Origin: Candidatus Latescibacterota bacterium
GTDB lineage: Bacteria; Latescibacterota; UBA2968
NCBI GenBank assembly: GCA_965204745.1
Contig: OZ242010.1
Coordinates: forward strand, 5,248,001-5,312,000
Direction of reading: 5' to 3'
DNA: 64,000 bases
The position numbers were made by a program, and so were the translations under genes. Shown piece by piece: positions 19,691-31,141 of the stretch; position 1 is the first letter of the stretch; each line of letters starts with the position of its first letter. The notes beneath the pieces were generated by a model, which worked only from the letters and a program-made list of their open reading frames with translations, was not told where the DNA came from and made no database searches.

Positions 19691-22039
19691 ATGGCCCTGT
19701 TCATTCGCATCGGATTGATCGCACTGATCTGTCTCGCTCATTTTGGATTGGTCAGAGGCGAAACGTCGATTGACGCGCAGTTTCAAGCCGCAGTGGATCA
19801 GATCGGCGTGGTGAATCGAGAGGAGAGTGTCAAGGCTTTTGAGGTGATTATTTCACGCGATGCAGATTACGCCCCTGCATATCACGCATTGGCGAATCTG
19901 TATTTACAGATCAATACCGTGAATAGCCGACAGCGCGCTATGCAGATGATTCAGAAAGCGATGATGATCGATCCCAACAACGCGGTCTATGGCCTGACAC
20001 ACGGAAAAATTTTATGGACGCAAGGCTTTCGATTTCGGGCATTGAACCAATACGAGGAGGTGATGAAAAAACATCCGGAGAATCAGGAAGCCCTCGATGG
20101 TGTGGGTATGTATTGGGTCTATGATTTCCTGGCACAAAAGGACAATCGCCGAAAAAGAACTTTTAAGCAATATGCCCAGCAATCAAAACGAGCAGCAGAG
20201 GAGGTGTTGCGAGAAAGCATGGCTTTGGATGCGATGAATCAGAATCCGTATTATTTGTTGGGCATCCTTTACTTTGAGGACGAGGAATGGGAGGCGTTTC
20301 ACGCCTTGATGCAAGAACTTTACGCGCACTATCCAAGGGATAAAAATGTGTTGTTGTTTTGCGGTCTAGCTGAATATCAGATCGGCGAATACAACAAGTC
20401 GCATGAATTTTATGAACGTGCTTATGACTTGATGAGTCTTGAAGAACGCGATCTACTCGAATCCATTGATCTGCTCAAGCCCGCAGATGATTCTATCCCG
20501 CGCTATGCGATGACCGAGTCTGATGAGGGCTTGGCGCGTGACGTATTTTGGAAGAGCCAGGATCCGCTCTATTTGACTGATTTCAACGAAAGAAAGCTGG
20601 AACACTTTGGTCGCCTGGCTTATAGCAATTTGCGGTTCAGGCGATTTTCGGCTGATGTGGAGGGCTGGCAGACGGATATGGGGAAGACCTATATCAAATT
20701 CGGAAGATATAAACGTAGATTTTCAACTTATATAAAGTCGTGGAGTTCTCGCGAGTCCATGACTACCGCCCTGATCGAGTTCTGGTATTACGAGAAATTT
20801 AAGGTCAAGTTTTGTGGCAGTACGGCTGATATCTGGAATTTTTGCGGTGGTTCTTGGGTCTATGTCAGTCAACGCCTTCCAAGATCAAAAAGTGCCTTTG
20901 AGGAGCATCGCATAGGGCTTGATTTTGCTTTGAGACGAACTTCATTTTCATTTTCCTCTCGTCCCTTTGAAGAAGCCTCGCATCGCACCTTCCGCAAGAC
21001 AGCACAGCGCTTTGTCGATCCCTATCTCAACCGAAAATACACCCTGCCCTATCAGGTTGCCGCTTTTGAAGAACGCGACAGCGTGCGCGTGGAACTCAGC
21101 TATATGATCCCAAAAGATCGCCTCAAAGAGAACGCCGAGACGGGCGAAATAAGTTTCTGGGATGGCGTGTTCTTATTCGACGAGCAGTGGCAAGATGTGT
21201 ATAAACATCGCAAATCCGTGGCCTTCGCCTTGCCATCGCCCAAGCCAGTTCAAAACGCAGGCGCGAGGCATCGCAACGATCATCTGTTGGTCTCGCGCAT
21301 GGTGACCGTCCCGCAGGGGAACTATCTCATGGCGGTAGAACTGTTGGATCAGACATCCGGAGCCATCGGTGTGGCACGCCATCGAGATCGGTTTGTAGCT
21401 GACAGCGCGACCTTTCACTTGAGCGATCTCTTGGTCGGCAGTGACATTCGACCGCGACATGCATTCCCAGAAGGCCGGGACGATCTGATCATCACGCCTA
21501 ATCCGGTTCGCACGTTTTCGCAGTCCGAATCGATCTTTATCTATTTGGAATTGTACGCCCTTCAACGCAACTTCTTTGGCCGCACGAGTTACGAGATTGC
21601 CTACACCATCGGCAAGCCGGAGGTGGATACGCTATCGCCCACCCTGTTCGCGTCTCAAAGCGTGATCGATACGATAGGCAAAACGCAGATTGATCTGCAT
21701 CAGGAATCGGATCAACGCCCGCAGCAGCTATCGCAGGCGTCGGATGATGAAGGGATTGGCACCGATAGGGATATGTGGGGCGAGACAAAGGTCTATACGA
21801 GTGGTGGGCAAGTCCATCACGTCGCCGCTGAAAAGCTAAAGGTCAAGCGATCCTCTGATGGCGACCTAACCCGCACCGTGACCGCGAATTACGAAGGGGA
21901 GCGCGCGACGGATTTCACGTATTTGCAGATCGATGTGGCACAAGTGCCCGTGGGGATTTACCAACTGACCGTCTCGGCACGGGACAAACAGACGGGACAG
22001 ACCGATGAGAAATACATTTACTTTCGCGTTGTGGAGTAA
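19691..22039 (+). CDS. GWxTD domain protein, copy 3
   Basis: Tandem paralog. Start set at ATG 19691 by homology to copies 1 and 2. Confidence 0.88.
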   Translation: MALFIRIGLIALICLAHFGLVRGETSIDAQFQAAVDQIGVVNREESVKAFEVIISRDADYAPAYHALANLYLQINTVNSRQRAMQMIQKAMMIDPNNAVYGLTHGKILWTQGFRFRALNQYEEVMKKHPENQEALDGVGMYWVYDFLAQKDNRRKRTFKQYAQQSKRAAEEVLRESMALDAMNQNPYYLLGILYFEDEEWEAFHALMQELYAHYPRDKNVLLFCGLAEYQIGEYNKSHEFYERAYDLMSLEERDLLESIDLLKPADDSIPRYAMTESDEGLARDVFWKSQDPLYLTDFNERKLEHFGRLAYSNLRFRRFSADVEGWQTDMGKTYIKFGRYKRRFSTYIKSWSSRESMTTALIEFWYYEKFKVKFCGSTADIWNFCGGSWVYVSQRLPRSKSAFEEHRIGLDFALRRTSFSFSSRPFEEASHRTFRKTAQRFVDPYLNRKYTLPYQVAAFEERDSVRVELSYMIPKDRLKENAETGEISFWDGVFLFDEQWQDVYKHRKSVAFALPSPKPVQNAGARHRNDHLLVSRMVTVPQGNYLMAVELLDQTSGAIGVARHRDRFVADSATFHLSDLLVGSDIRPRHAFPEGRDDLIITPNPVRTFSQSESIFIYLELYALQRNFFGRTSYEIAYTIGKPEVDTLSPTLFASQSVIDTIGKTQIDLHQESDQRPQQLSQASDDEGIGTDRDMWGETKVYTSGGQVHHVAAEKLKVKRSSDGDLTRTVTANYEGERATDFTYLQIDVAQVPVGIYQLTVSARDKQTGQTDEKYIYFRVVE

Positions 22040-22184
22040 GACGCGCCAAGCGAGGATGATCGAAGTGCCATTGGGCTGTTGGGCTACGCCTGTGCGTGCG
22101 CTTTTGGCGTGATGACTTTATTTTTTTTGCGGGCAAGGCAGCGCGTTTCGGATTTGCCTTCCCATAGATGAAGCGGAGTGAGCA

Positions 22185-23534
22185 ATGGCCCAAACGAAAA
22201 TTCTATTGGTGGACGACGAGGTCGATCTGTTGCGCGGTTATCACAAGTTTTTGACCGCCGAGGGGTATGCGGTTGTCACCGCCGCATCGGGACAGGAGGG
22301 CCTCGCGCAGTTCAATGCCGAAGCCCCGGATGTGACCGTTGTGGATTTGAAGATGCCCGGCATGGATGGCATGGCGGTGCTCAAACGCATTTTGGCACGC
22401 GACCCGGATGCGGCGGTGATCGCGTTCACCGGCCATGGTAGCATCGACAAGGCCGTCGCGGCACTCAAGGCCGGCGCATCCGATTTTATCCAGAAGCCGT
22501 TTGATCTCGCCGCATTCGCCATAGCGATAGAACAGGCATTGAAGACGCGGCGGTTGAAGGCGGAAAACCGGGCGTTGAAGCAGGTGTTGGCAACGCAACC
22601 GCGGTTTGAGAACATCATCGGCAAGAGCGAGGCGATGGCGCGGGTTTTTGACCTGATGCGGAAAGTCAGCGATTTGGATGCCCCTGTGCTGATCACGGGC
22701 GAGAGTGGAACCGGGAAGGAACTGGTGGCACGCGGGATTCACGCCCACAGCCGGCGGCGTGCCGAGCCGTTTGTCGCGCTCAACTGCGGGGGCTTGCCCG
22801 ATCACTTGGTCGAAAGCGAGTTGTTCGGGCATGTCAAGGGGGCGTTCACCGATGCGAGACAGGATCGCACGGGTTTAATCGAACATGCGCGTGGGGGGAC
22901 GTTTTTCCTCGATGAAATCGGCGACTTGCCGATGCCGCTTCAGGTGAAATTTCTGCGCGTGTTGGAGGATCACCAAATTCGCAAGGTGGGCAGCAACCGC
23001 GAGGTGTCTATCGACATCCGTCTCATCTGTGCGACCCATCGGGATCTCAAGGAATTGATAGCAACCGGCGCGTTTCGGGGGGATTTGTTTTACCGGATCA
23101 ACACCATCGAGATTCACCTGCCGGCACTGCGCCAGCGTCCGGGCGATATCGAGCTTCTCGCCACGCACTTTTTGACCCACTTCGCCGAGGCTCAGGGCAA
23201 GGCGATAACCGGGCTATCGCCCGATGCGCTCGCCGTGTTGCGCGCCTATTCTTGGCCTGGCAATGTGCGGGAATTGATACATGCGATGGAACAGGTCGTC
23301 GCCCTATCCGACGGTGCGGTGATCCAGCGCGCGGATTTACCCGAAACCATCGCGCTCAAGACAGTCGAAGTCGGAGGGCCTTTGCAAGCGCGAGTCGCAG
23401 CTTATGAAAAGCAGGTGATTCGAGATGCGCTCGAGGAACACGCGGGCAATATCACGCGTACAGCCAAGGCATTGGGGTTGACGCGCAGTGGCTTGCAAAA
23501 GAAGATCGGCCGTTTGGGCGTGAGAGAGCCGTGA
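22185..23534 (+). CDS. Sigma-54-dependent NtrC/AtoC family response regulator
   Basis: REC domain ([15 protein letters not shown]), Walker [23 protein letters not shown] and a C-terminal HTH. Confidence 0.95.
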   Translation: MAQTKILLVDDEVDLLRGYHKFLTAEGYAVVTAASGQEGLAQFNAEAPDVTVVDLKMPGMDGMAVLKRILARDPDAAVIAFTGHGSIDKAVAALKAGASDFIQKPFDLAAFAIAIEQALKTRRLKAENRALKQVLATQPRFENIIGKSEAMARVFDLMRKVSDLDAPVLITGESGTGKELVARGIHAHSRRRAEPFVALNCGGLPDHLVESELFGHVKGAFTDARQDRTGLIEHARGGTFFLDEIGDLPMPLQVKFLRVLEDHQIRKVGSNREVSIDIRLICATHRDLKELIATGAFRGDLFYRINTIEIHLPALRQRPGDIELLATHFLTHFAEAQGKAITGLSPDALAVLRAYSWPGNVRELIHAMEQVVALSDGAVIQRADLPETIALKTVEVGGPLQARVAAYEKQVIRDALEEHAGNITRTAKALGLTRSGLQKKIGRLGVREP

Positions 23535-23680
23535 ACAGGGGATGCTTTATTTTGGTCAGATAATTGGCGCGTTGAAAAACGAACTGAATTTGGTTCAGGG
23601 CAAGGTGGAAGGCGAAGTGACTGCCTTCTTGGAGCATCTGGGCAAGGACCAAGGGTTCAGCGATGAGTGAGGAGCACGCC

Positions 23681-24598
23681 ATGAAAGCGATGATAGTTGC
23701 AACCTTGGTGCTGGTGCTCGCGGCCGGTTCAGGCCGGGCAGAGCGCAAGCCGCTCGACAAAATTCACCGAGAGATCAAGCCCGGTGCGACAGTCATAAAA
23801 GTGCCAAATCCAAGGCGGCGTGATGGCTATGATCTCGCTGAAAAAAAGCATGAAGTGACCTACAACGAGACGACCGGGCTTTATACCTATCGGTATTGGC
23901 AGACCGACAGCACCTATGTCGATTTGCTTTATGAACCTTCTAACCGACTGGATGTGACCGTGGCATGCACAGTGGTCTATGATGGCGAAAAGGATGAATA
24001 CACCTATACGTACCACCTCGTCAATAGCAAGGACAGTGTACAGTCCTTAGAGATATTCGCTTTAGATATAGATCGCAACCTCGTGCTTCGGACTGAATCT
24101 GAACCATGGCGTTATTACTCTACCAATGAGCCGCCGCCCGGTTCACCCAAATGGGCATTTTGGGGATCAAGAGGCAGGTACGTTCTTCCAGGCGAGTCAA
24201 TTTCTCTGACGCTCACGAGCAAATTCGGTCCGGTCATTGCAACCTGTTATTCTCAAGGTCGTGCTCAACCTGTTCAGCCATCTATTGGAGCAATAGATGA
24301 ACTTGCAGTTTATCCGCCGAATGTAGAGGGGCTGAAAGGTCAAACGCTCGCGCCCGGCAGTTTGGGGGATAGCAGTCCCAAAGCGCAGTTTGAAGCCTTT
24401 CTCGATATTGCCGAGACCTGGGGATGGGTCAACAAGGACAAAAAGGACGCGGCATTGCTCCACATTTCTAAGGGCTTAGACCAGACCGCTTTCATCGCGT
24501 TGAAGAGCGAACTGAATCTGGTTCAAGGCAAGGTGGAAGGCGAAGTGACTGCCTTCTTGGAGCATCTGGGTAAGGATCAAGGGTTCAGCGATGAATGA
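23681..24598 (+). CDS. Secreted hypothetical protein, paralog C of the 10356 gene
   Basis: Near-identical to 10356-11264 with a divergent central patch. Preceded by an orphan 3' end of another copy (about 23569-23670). Confidence 0.8.
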   Translation: MKAMIVATLVLVLAAGSGRAERKPLDKIHREIKPGATVIKVPNPRRRDGYDLAEKKHEVTYNETTGLYTYRYWQTDSTYVDLLYEPSNRLDVTVACTVVYDGEKDEYTYTYHLVNSKDSVQSLEIFALDIDRNLVLRTESEPWRYYSTNEPPPGSPKWAFWGSRGRYVLPGESISLTLTSKFGPVIATCYSQGRAQPVQPSIGAIDELAVYPPNVEGLKGQTLAPGSLGDSSPKAQFEAFLDIAETWGWVNKDKKDAALLHISKGLDQTAFIALKSELNLVQGKVEGEVTAFLEHLGKDQGFSDE

Positions 24599-24656
24599 GG
24601 CGTACATCAAAAAGCAGATGGCTGTTGTCTAACAGGCTCTCAAGGAGGGAAAGGTC

Positions 24657-27044
24657 ATGGTGAAAAATTACTTCATCGTTGGGATTCGCTATTTGATGCG
24701 GCACAGGCTCTACACCTTCATCAATCTGTTTGGGCTGGGGTTGGGGATCGCCTGCTGTCTCATGATGGCTTTGTTCGTCAAACGCGAATGGTCGGTTGAT
24801 CGCTTTCACAAAAACAAGGACGAACTCTTTCGCGTGGTGAAGCAACGGTTGCTCCCAAATGGCGAAGCGGTCGCATTCGGGACATTTGATACGCTATATC
24901 CGCCTTGGGTTGTCAACGCCTTGAAAGACGACATACCGGACGTGAGATACGCCAGTCGGTTTATGAGTGCCACCGGACAGATTACAGTAGAAAAAAACAC
25001 ATTTCGGAGGTCAGTCGGATTTGTCGATCCCGATTTTCTTGAGATGTTCACGTTTCCATTTTTGGCAGGCGATCCGGCAACCGCTTTTGTCCGTCCCGAT
25101 GGCGTGGTGCTGGCCGAAAGCCTTGCGCGGCAACTATTCGGTCATGTCACCGAGAATTACAGCACGCTGATAGGACAAGCTGTGGTGTTGCAGAAAAAGT
25201 CGTTTGTGGTGACAGGCGTCATGGCGGATGTGCCTGCGACATCGAGTCTTCAGTTCAAGCTGTTGGTTTTGGCTGAAAGCGCGGAAAGCCTTACTGGTTT
25301 TCGCAGTTTTGCGACAATGGGTTATGCTACTGGGTCTGTTAGATATGGGTCTCTCTACGTGCAAATAGACGAGGTGCCGGGCGTGCTTGACAAGTTCAAT
25401 CGCTGGGAGGAGAAAGGCAGGTTGCGAGATGATGACTTTAGACTCCTGTTGCAACCCTTGAAGGAGGTGTACTCGAATACAGAAATTCCCAATAAATACG
25501 AATCCCAAGGCAGTCAGACAGGGGTTTATATTTTGTGGGGCATCGGTTGGATTGTGTTGCTGATTGCGTGCAGCAATTTTGTGTCCCTCTCTGTTGCCGC
25601 ATCATCCGGACGCATCCGGGAAGTGGGCTTGCGGAAGGTGTTGGGCGCCAGTCAAGGACAGATTGCACGCCAATTCTGGAGCGAAACCCTCTTGTTGAGT
25701 GTTCTCGGCTTGGGTTTGGGCCTCGTGCTCGCCGAACTGTTTTTGCCCGCGTTCAACAGCTTTGTCCAGCGCGACTTGCAAATCCCCTATTTTGACGATG
25801 GCGCGTTCTTGTTTTTGTTGATTTTGTTTGTCGTTGGGCTTGTTGCCGGCGGCTATCCTGCTGTGATGCTGTCCCGGTTTCAGCCTGCCTCCGTCCTCCA
25901 GCGCGGGGGCAACCTCGGGGGGCAAAACCGTTTCACGCGCCTGTTGCTCGTGTTGCAATACACCGCGTCTATGGTGCTTCTCATCTGTACGGGTATCATC
26001 GTCCAGCAACAGGAGTATCTCAAAAACAAAAACTTGGGATACAACGAGGAACAAATCCTTATCATTGGGGGGCCTGGGAATCGAGAACTGATTCAAAGGT
26101 ATAAACGGGAGATTTTAAGGGATCCGCGCATCGCTGGCGTTGCCATCAGCGACCGCACCTTTACCAATGGCTGGTCTTCAAGGACGTGCCATTTGTCAGA
26201 TGGTTCGACAGTTAATACGCGCATCATTGGCGTGGATGCCGATTACCTCTCTACATTGGAAATCTCTCTGCTCGAAGGCCGCAATTTTTCCGAAGACCGG
26301 GCACAAGACCGGGATCAAGCGGTCTTAATCAACGAAACACTGGCAACGCGCTTAGGCGCAGAGGGAAAGGTGGGACAAATTCTGAACATCGAAGGCGGGA
26401 GCCTTAAGGATCCCGTGATCATCGGCATCGTGCGCGATTTTCACACCGATGCCCTGTACAAACCGATCCAACCCGTGGTCTTGCTGATGAGCCAATTCAA
26501 TAATCGGCCGGCGTTTTTCGTTCGCATGCGTGCCGATCACCTGTCCGAAACACTGGATATGCTCAAAGACACCTGGAAAGCCGTTGTCCCGTCAAGCCGC
26601 TTTCAATTTTCATTTTTAGATCGCAACCTGCATCGGCAGTATGAACGCGAAGAACGCTGGCGTGAGATCGTCAGCTATTCGGCCTTGTTTGCCATCGTCA
26701 TCTCGTGCTTGGGGCTGTTCGGCTTGGCTTCGCTGGCGGTTGTGCAACGCACCAAAGAGGTGGGCATTCGCAAAGCGTTGGGTGCGTCCGAGGGGAACTT
26801 GGTCTGGCTGTTGTCCAAAGATTTTGCCAAACTGCTTTTGCTCGCCAATGCCATCGCTTGGCCTGCGGCCTATTGGATCATGGACGAGTGGTTGACCACC
26901 ACATTTGCCTATCACATGGACTTGGGCATCGGCGTTTTTGTTCTCGTTGGCGCGTTGACTTATGGCATTGCCCAACTGACCATTTTGGGCCACATCCTCA
27001 AAGTGATCCGCCAAAACCCAGTCCGGGCACTCCGATATGAGTAA
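24657..27044 (+). CDS. ABC transporter permease (MacB-PCD/FtsX), second orphan copy
   Basis: RIREVGLRKVLGAS, RTKEVGIRKALGAS and NPVRALRYE. Confidence 0.9.
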   Translation: MVKNYFIVGIRYLMRHRLYTFINLFGLGLGIACCLMMALFVKREWSVDRFHKNKDELFRVVKQRLLPNGEAVAFGTFDTLYPPWVVNALKDDIPDVRYASRFMSATGQITVEKNTFRRSVGFVDPDFLEMFTFPFLAGDPATAFVRPDGVVLAESLARQLFGHVTENYSTLIGQAVVLQKKSFVVTGVMADVPATSSLQFKLLVLAESAESLTGFRSFATMGYATGSVRYGSLYVQIDEVPGVLDKFNRWEEKGRLRDDDFRLLLQPLKEVYSNTEIPNKYESQGSQTGVYILWGIGWIVLLIACSNFVSLSVAASSGRIREVGLRKVLGASQGQIARQFWSETLLLSVLGLGLGLVLAELFLPAFNSFVQRDLQIPYFDDGAFLFLLILFVVGLVAGGYPAVMLSRFQPASVLQRGGNLGGQNRFTRLLLVLQYTASMVLLICTGIIVQQQEYLKNKNLGYNEEQILIIGGPGNRELIQRYKREILRDPRIAGVAISDRTFTNGWSSRTCHLSDGSTVNTRIIGVDADYLSTLEISLLEGRNFSEDRAQDRDQAVLINETLATRLGAEGKVGQILNIEGGSLKDPVIIGIVRDFHTDALYKPIQPVVLLMSQFNNRPAFFVRMRADHLSETLDMLKDTWKAVVPSSRFQFSFLDRNLHRQYEREERWREIVSYSALFAIVISCLGLFGLASLAVVQRTKEVGIRKALGASEGNLVWLLSKDFAKLLLLANAIAWPAAYWIMDEWLTTTFAYHMDLGIGVFVLVGALTYGIAQLTILGHILKVIRQNPVRALRYE

Positions 27045-27444
27045 CCAAAATGTCCGATCATTCCGTTTCAATCCCATGCCGCTGCTGGCGAAGGAACGCT
27101 TACGACGGCGATAACCAAGCGGTAAGCCTAAAATCTCCTGCCAGCGTAAAATCCACAGGAATAGATGGTTACAACCAACTATCACTTGGGCGGCAAGCTC
27201 TGCCGATCAAGTAAAAAACGGACGTGGAGGCGTTGTAAGACGGACAAGAGGCTATAAGTGCTTGGACGCTGACCCGATGAAGCGTCAACTTAATCGTATG
27301 CGATTGAGTCGATTTCATACGATTTGAGAGAGCGGTGCGAATGCAACATGACAACACCCGTCTTGTATCTTACCTCACTCGCGTTGGAATAGGCGATTAG
27401 ATTTTCTAAGGCGAGGACCTGATCGACACGGGCACGTTCTCATT

Positions 27445-27870
27445 TCAAGATTCTTCTTCTAACACCTCAAGTAGCCTCCGAACTTTCCTCAGAGGCTCTT
27501 TTTTTTGCAATCGAAGAAGCACTGAAAGCGCGGCCCTGCCCTCTTTAGCCTCCAATAGCGTTTTCAGTTCCCCGAGTTGTTGTCTGGTAAGCACATCGGT
27601 CATGTTGCTTATGAGATCATTCAAACTGGGGTCGTCTTCTTGGAGGCAAATGATGGTCTTTTCAGCACTGGAATTGACACCCAAAAGCGCATCTACTGAA
27701 ACACCTAATGCAACCGCGATAGCAGAGAGCGTGTCGGTTCGAGGTACTTTTGTCTCTGCTTCAATTCGAGATACGGTCGCTTGGTCTATATTGGCGGCAT
27801 TTGCCAAGTTTATCTGAGACCAATTTTTGTGGCGTCTCAAGTCTCTTATTTTTCTTCCGATTGTAGGCAT
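27445..27870 (-). CDS. XRE family HTH transcriptional regulator
   Basis: IGRKIRDLRRHKNWSQINLANAANIDQATVSRIE. Confidence 0.88.
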   Translation of the reverse strand: MPTIGRKIRDLRRHKNWSQINLANAANIDQATVSRIEAETKVPRTDTLSAIAVALGVSVDALLGVNSSAEKTIICLQEDDPSLNDLISNMTDVLTRQQLGELKTLLEAKEGRAALSVLLRLQKKEPLRKVRRLLEVLEEES

Positions 27871-28078
27871 AAAAAAAAATATAAAAAATCATTTGCTTTT
27901 GTATGTATTTAGACATATATTCCGTGTATAAAATCGGATTTATGCACAAAGACATATCCAAAAACTGCTGAATGTAACGCCTGTTTATAGAGATGAAACC
28001 TTTATGGCATTCGCCATCAAACAGCCTGAATCTGAGAATGAAATTAAGCTACGGGGCTTTGGGTTTGTAATACCAAAT

Positions 28079-28228
28079 GGCGTTGTTGCATAAATGTTAT
28101 CGTGGCTAAGTTCATCCCTTTCCCGCGAGATTTAAGCCCCTCTTTCTATGGGATAGGACACGGGTTTCGCGATCCTCATCATGCGATTGAGCACCGCACA
28201 TCTCAACCGCGCTTCCGTTTTTTGCTTG
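28079..28228 (-). mobile_element. Remnant end of an IS5-family (IS903-group) element
   Basis: GGCGTTGTTGCATAAAT resembles the IS903 terminal IR. The minus strand encodes QKTEARLRCAVLNRMMRIAKPVSY..*, like the C-terminus of IS903-group transposases. Confidence 0.7.
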
Positions 28229-28878
28229 ACAAAACCCACTTGGCTATTTTTTTTAGCCACCCGTGGTGTAAAATTTTCAACGCAGTATAACTTTTGGAGT
28301 TCACCATGACGACCTATCGCCCTTTTAGCTCCGTTCTTCTGCTCTGCACCCTGCTCGTTGTCTGTGGCGAATCCGCCGCGCAGAATACCGCTTCAAGCGA
28401 TGCGGACCTGAGCGGCCTGACGCTCTCGGCAGGGACGCTGGCTCCGGCCTTTGCCCGCGACTCTCTCGCCTACACCGCGACCGTGGCGAACAGCATCGAC
28501 AGCCTGACCGTTATGCCGACGAGCAACCACAACGGCGCCACGATCACGGTGAACGGCACTTCGGTATCGAGTGGCAGTGCGAGCAGTGCCATCTCCCTCA
28601 GTGTGGGCGAAAACACCATTACCATAGTGGTCACAGCAGAAGATGGGAAGATGACGAAAACCTACACAGTGACCGTTGAGCGCGGCGTGAACATCCCCGA
28701 CGCCAACTTGCGTGCTGTCATTGAGGGCGCACTAGAAAAATTGAGCGGTGCGATCATTACCCCAAGTGAGATGGCGACCCTGACGACCCGCCTTGATGCT
28801 GCGTATCAGAACATTAGTGATTTGACCGGGCTGGAGTATGCAACCCGCCTGGATTCTCTGATTCTTCACCACAACCGC

Positions 28879-29445
28879 ATCTCTGATATCTCGGCCCTGT
28901 CGGGCTTAACCAGCCTGAAAGAGCTGGATCTTTGGAGCAACCGCATCTCTGATATCTCGGCCCTGTCGGGCTTAACCAGCCTGACAGCTCTGAATCTTTG
29001 GAGGAACAGCATCTCTGATATCTCGGCCCTGTCGGGCTTAACCAGCCTGACATTGCTGACTCTTTCCGGCAACCGTATCTCTGATATCTCGGCCCTGTCG
29101 GGCTTAACCAGCCTGAAAGGGCTGGATCTTCAACGCATCAACATCTCTGATATCTCTGCCCTGTCGGGCTTAACCAGCCTGACATTCCTGCGGCTTGAAG
29201 ACAACAGCATCTTTGATATCTCGGCCCTGTCGGGCTTAACCAGCCTGAAATATCTGTATATTAACAACAACCACATCTCTGATATCTCGGCTCTGTCGGG
29301 CTTAACCAGCCTGATAGAGCTGTATCTTCACGACAACCACATCTCTGATATCTCGGCTCTGTCGGGCTTAACCAGCCTGAAATATCTGTATCTTGACAAC
29401 AACCGCATCTCTGATATCTCGGCCCTGTCGGGCTTAACCAGCCTG
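28879..29445 (+). repeat. LRR array 1: 9 copies of a 39-bp constant block at 66-bp period
   Basis: ATCTCTGATATCTC(G/T)GCCCTGTCGGGCTTAACCAGCCTG separated by 27-nt variable segments. Confidence 0.95.
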
Positions 29446-30259
29446 AGCGCTCTGTATATTAAGGGTAATCCCTTGAGCTATCCTTCCTTCATTACCCACA
29501 TCCCGGCTCTAAAGCACCGAGGCGTCAATGTATACTATCATTTTCGACCCCTGGCCAGTTTGGTAAAAATCTCGGGCGATGACCAAACCGGCACGGCTGG
29601 TTCTCGCCTGTCCGATCCGCTCATCGTTGAAGTCCGGGGTGAGAACGACGTTGCCTTTGCCGGGGTGCCGGTCACTTTTTCGGTCACGGCGGGCGGTGGG
29701 TCGCTCAGTACCACAACCGATACAACCGATGCCAATGGTCGCGCCTCGACAAGGTTGACGCTGGGTGCTACGGGCGCAGACACGGTTGTAGCGGCTATCG
29801 ACGTCTCGAACATTGACAAGTCCGTGACCTTCACCACGGCAACAGGTGGGACAGCGGACCTGAAAGGCTTGACACTCTCGGCAGGGACGCTGGTTCCGGC
29901 CTTCGCCCGCGACTCTCTCTCCTACACGGCGACCGTGGCGAACAGCACAACCAGTCTGACCGTCACGCCGACGAGCAATCACAACGGTGCCACGATCACA
30001 GTGAACGGCACTTCGGTATCGAGTGGCAGTGCGAGTAGTGCCATTTCCCTCAGTGTGGGCGAAAACACCATTACCATAGTGGTTGCCGCAGAGGATGGGA
30101 TCACGACGAAAACCTACACAGTGACCGTTGGGCACGGCGTGAACATCCCCGACGCCAACTTGCGTGTTGCCATTGAGGGCGCACTGAAAAAAACGAGCGG
30201 TGCGATCATTACCCCAAGTGAGATGGCGACCCTAACCCACCTTTATGCTAGGGGGATTA

Positions 30260-31077
30260 GGTTCTGTTGACATTTTGTTTTAGAGCGATGAGCGTGGCCG
30301 CAAAAGCGAGAAAGCCTCGATAACTCGTGCTGAGTTTCTCAAAGCGAGCGAATATCCTGCGATACTGCTTCATTTTTCCAATCAACCGCTCAATCAAATT
30401 GCGTTGCTTATACCGATGGCGATCATAATCACGCGGGGTCTTGCGATAAGACCGGGGCGGAATCACGGCAACCTGTCCATGGTGAGAAAGGACGTCCAGA
30501 AACGCTTGTGAATCATAGCCCTTATCCGCGATGACAGATCGGCTCTCATACCCAGCGATTAACGCTTCGGCTTGCGTGATATCGTGGGTTTGTCCCGGTG
30601 TGAGTCGAAACCGGAGCGGGAGGCCACGCGCATCTGTGCAGAGATGGATTTTGGTGCTGAACCCGCCTCGGCTCTTGCCGAGGGCTTGCGCGGCTTGCCC
30701 CCCTTTTTTTTTGAGGCACCCGCTGCACAGGCATGAGCACGCACGACAGTGCTGTCAATGATCAGACATGCCAAGTCTGGATCAGACGTAAAATGCTGGT
30801 GCATGCGTTCCCACACGCCATACCGGCACCAGCGAGCAAAGCGTTTATAGACTGTGTTCCACTTCCCGTACTGTGCGGGCAACTGACGCCACTGACCACC
30901 CGAGCGCATCACCCACAGAACCGCTTCAATGAAGCGTTTGCAACCGGCTTCCTCGCCGACATAGACGCGAGGGCATTCGCGGATGAATGCGAGAATTTTA
31001 GGCCACTGATTCGGAGAAAGAATAAGGTTTGACATACACACAGAGTAACTCAAAATATCCCAAATGTCAACAGAACC
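30260..31077 (-). mobile_element. IS5 family (IS427-like) insertion sequence, 818 bp, two-ORF transposase
   Basis: TIRs GGTTCTGTTGACATTT / AAATGTCAACAGAACC with a TA duplication. orfA from 31035 includes WRQLPAQYGKWNTVYKRF and IIDST. An A9G6 slippery run lies at about 30698-30712. orfB includes YKQRNLIER. Confidence 0.93.
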
Positions 31078-31141
31078 TAGTGATATGACCGGGCTTGAGT
31101 ATGCAATCAGCCTGGATACGCTGAATCTTCGCACCACCAAC

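Noticed and set aside
6356-22134. Integrase-mediated island or prophage bounded by 49-bp att sites
   Set aside because: No integrase or phage genes. The additional interleaved scars fit duplication and loss better.
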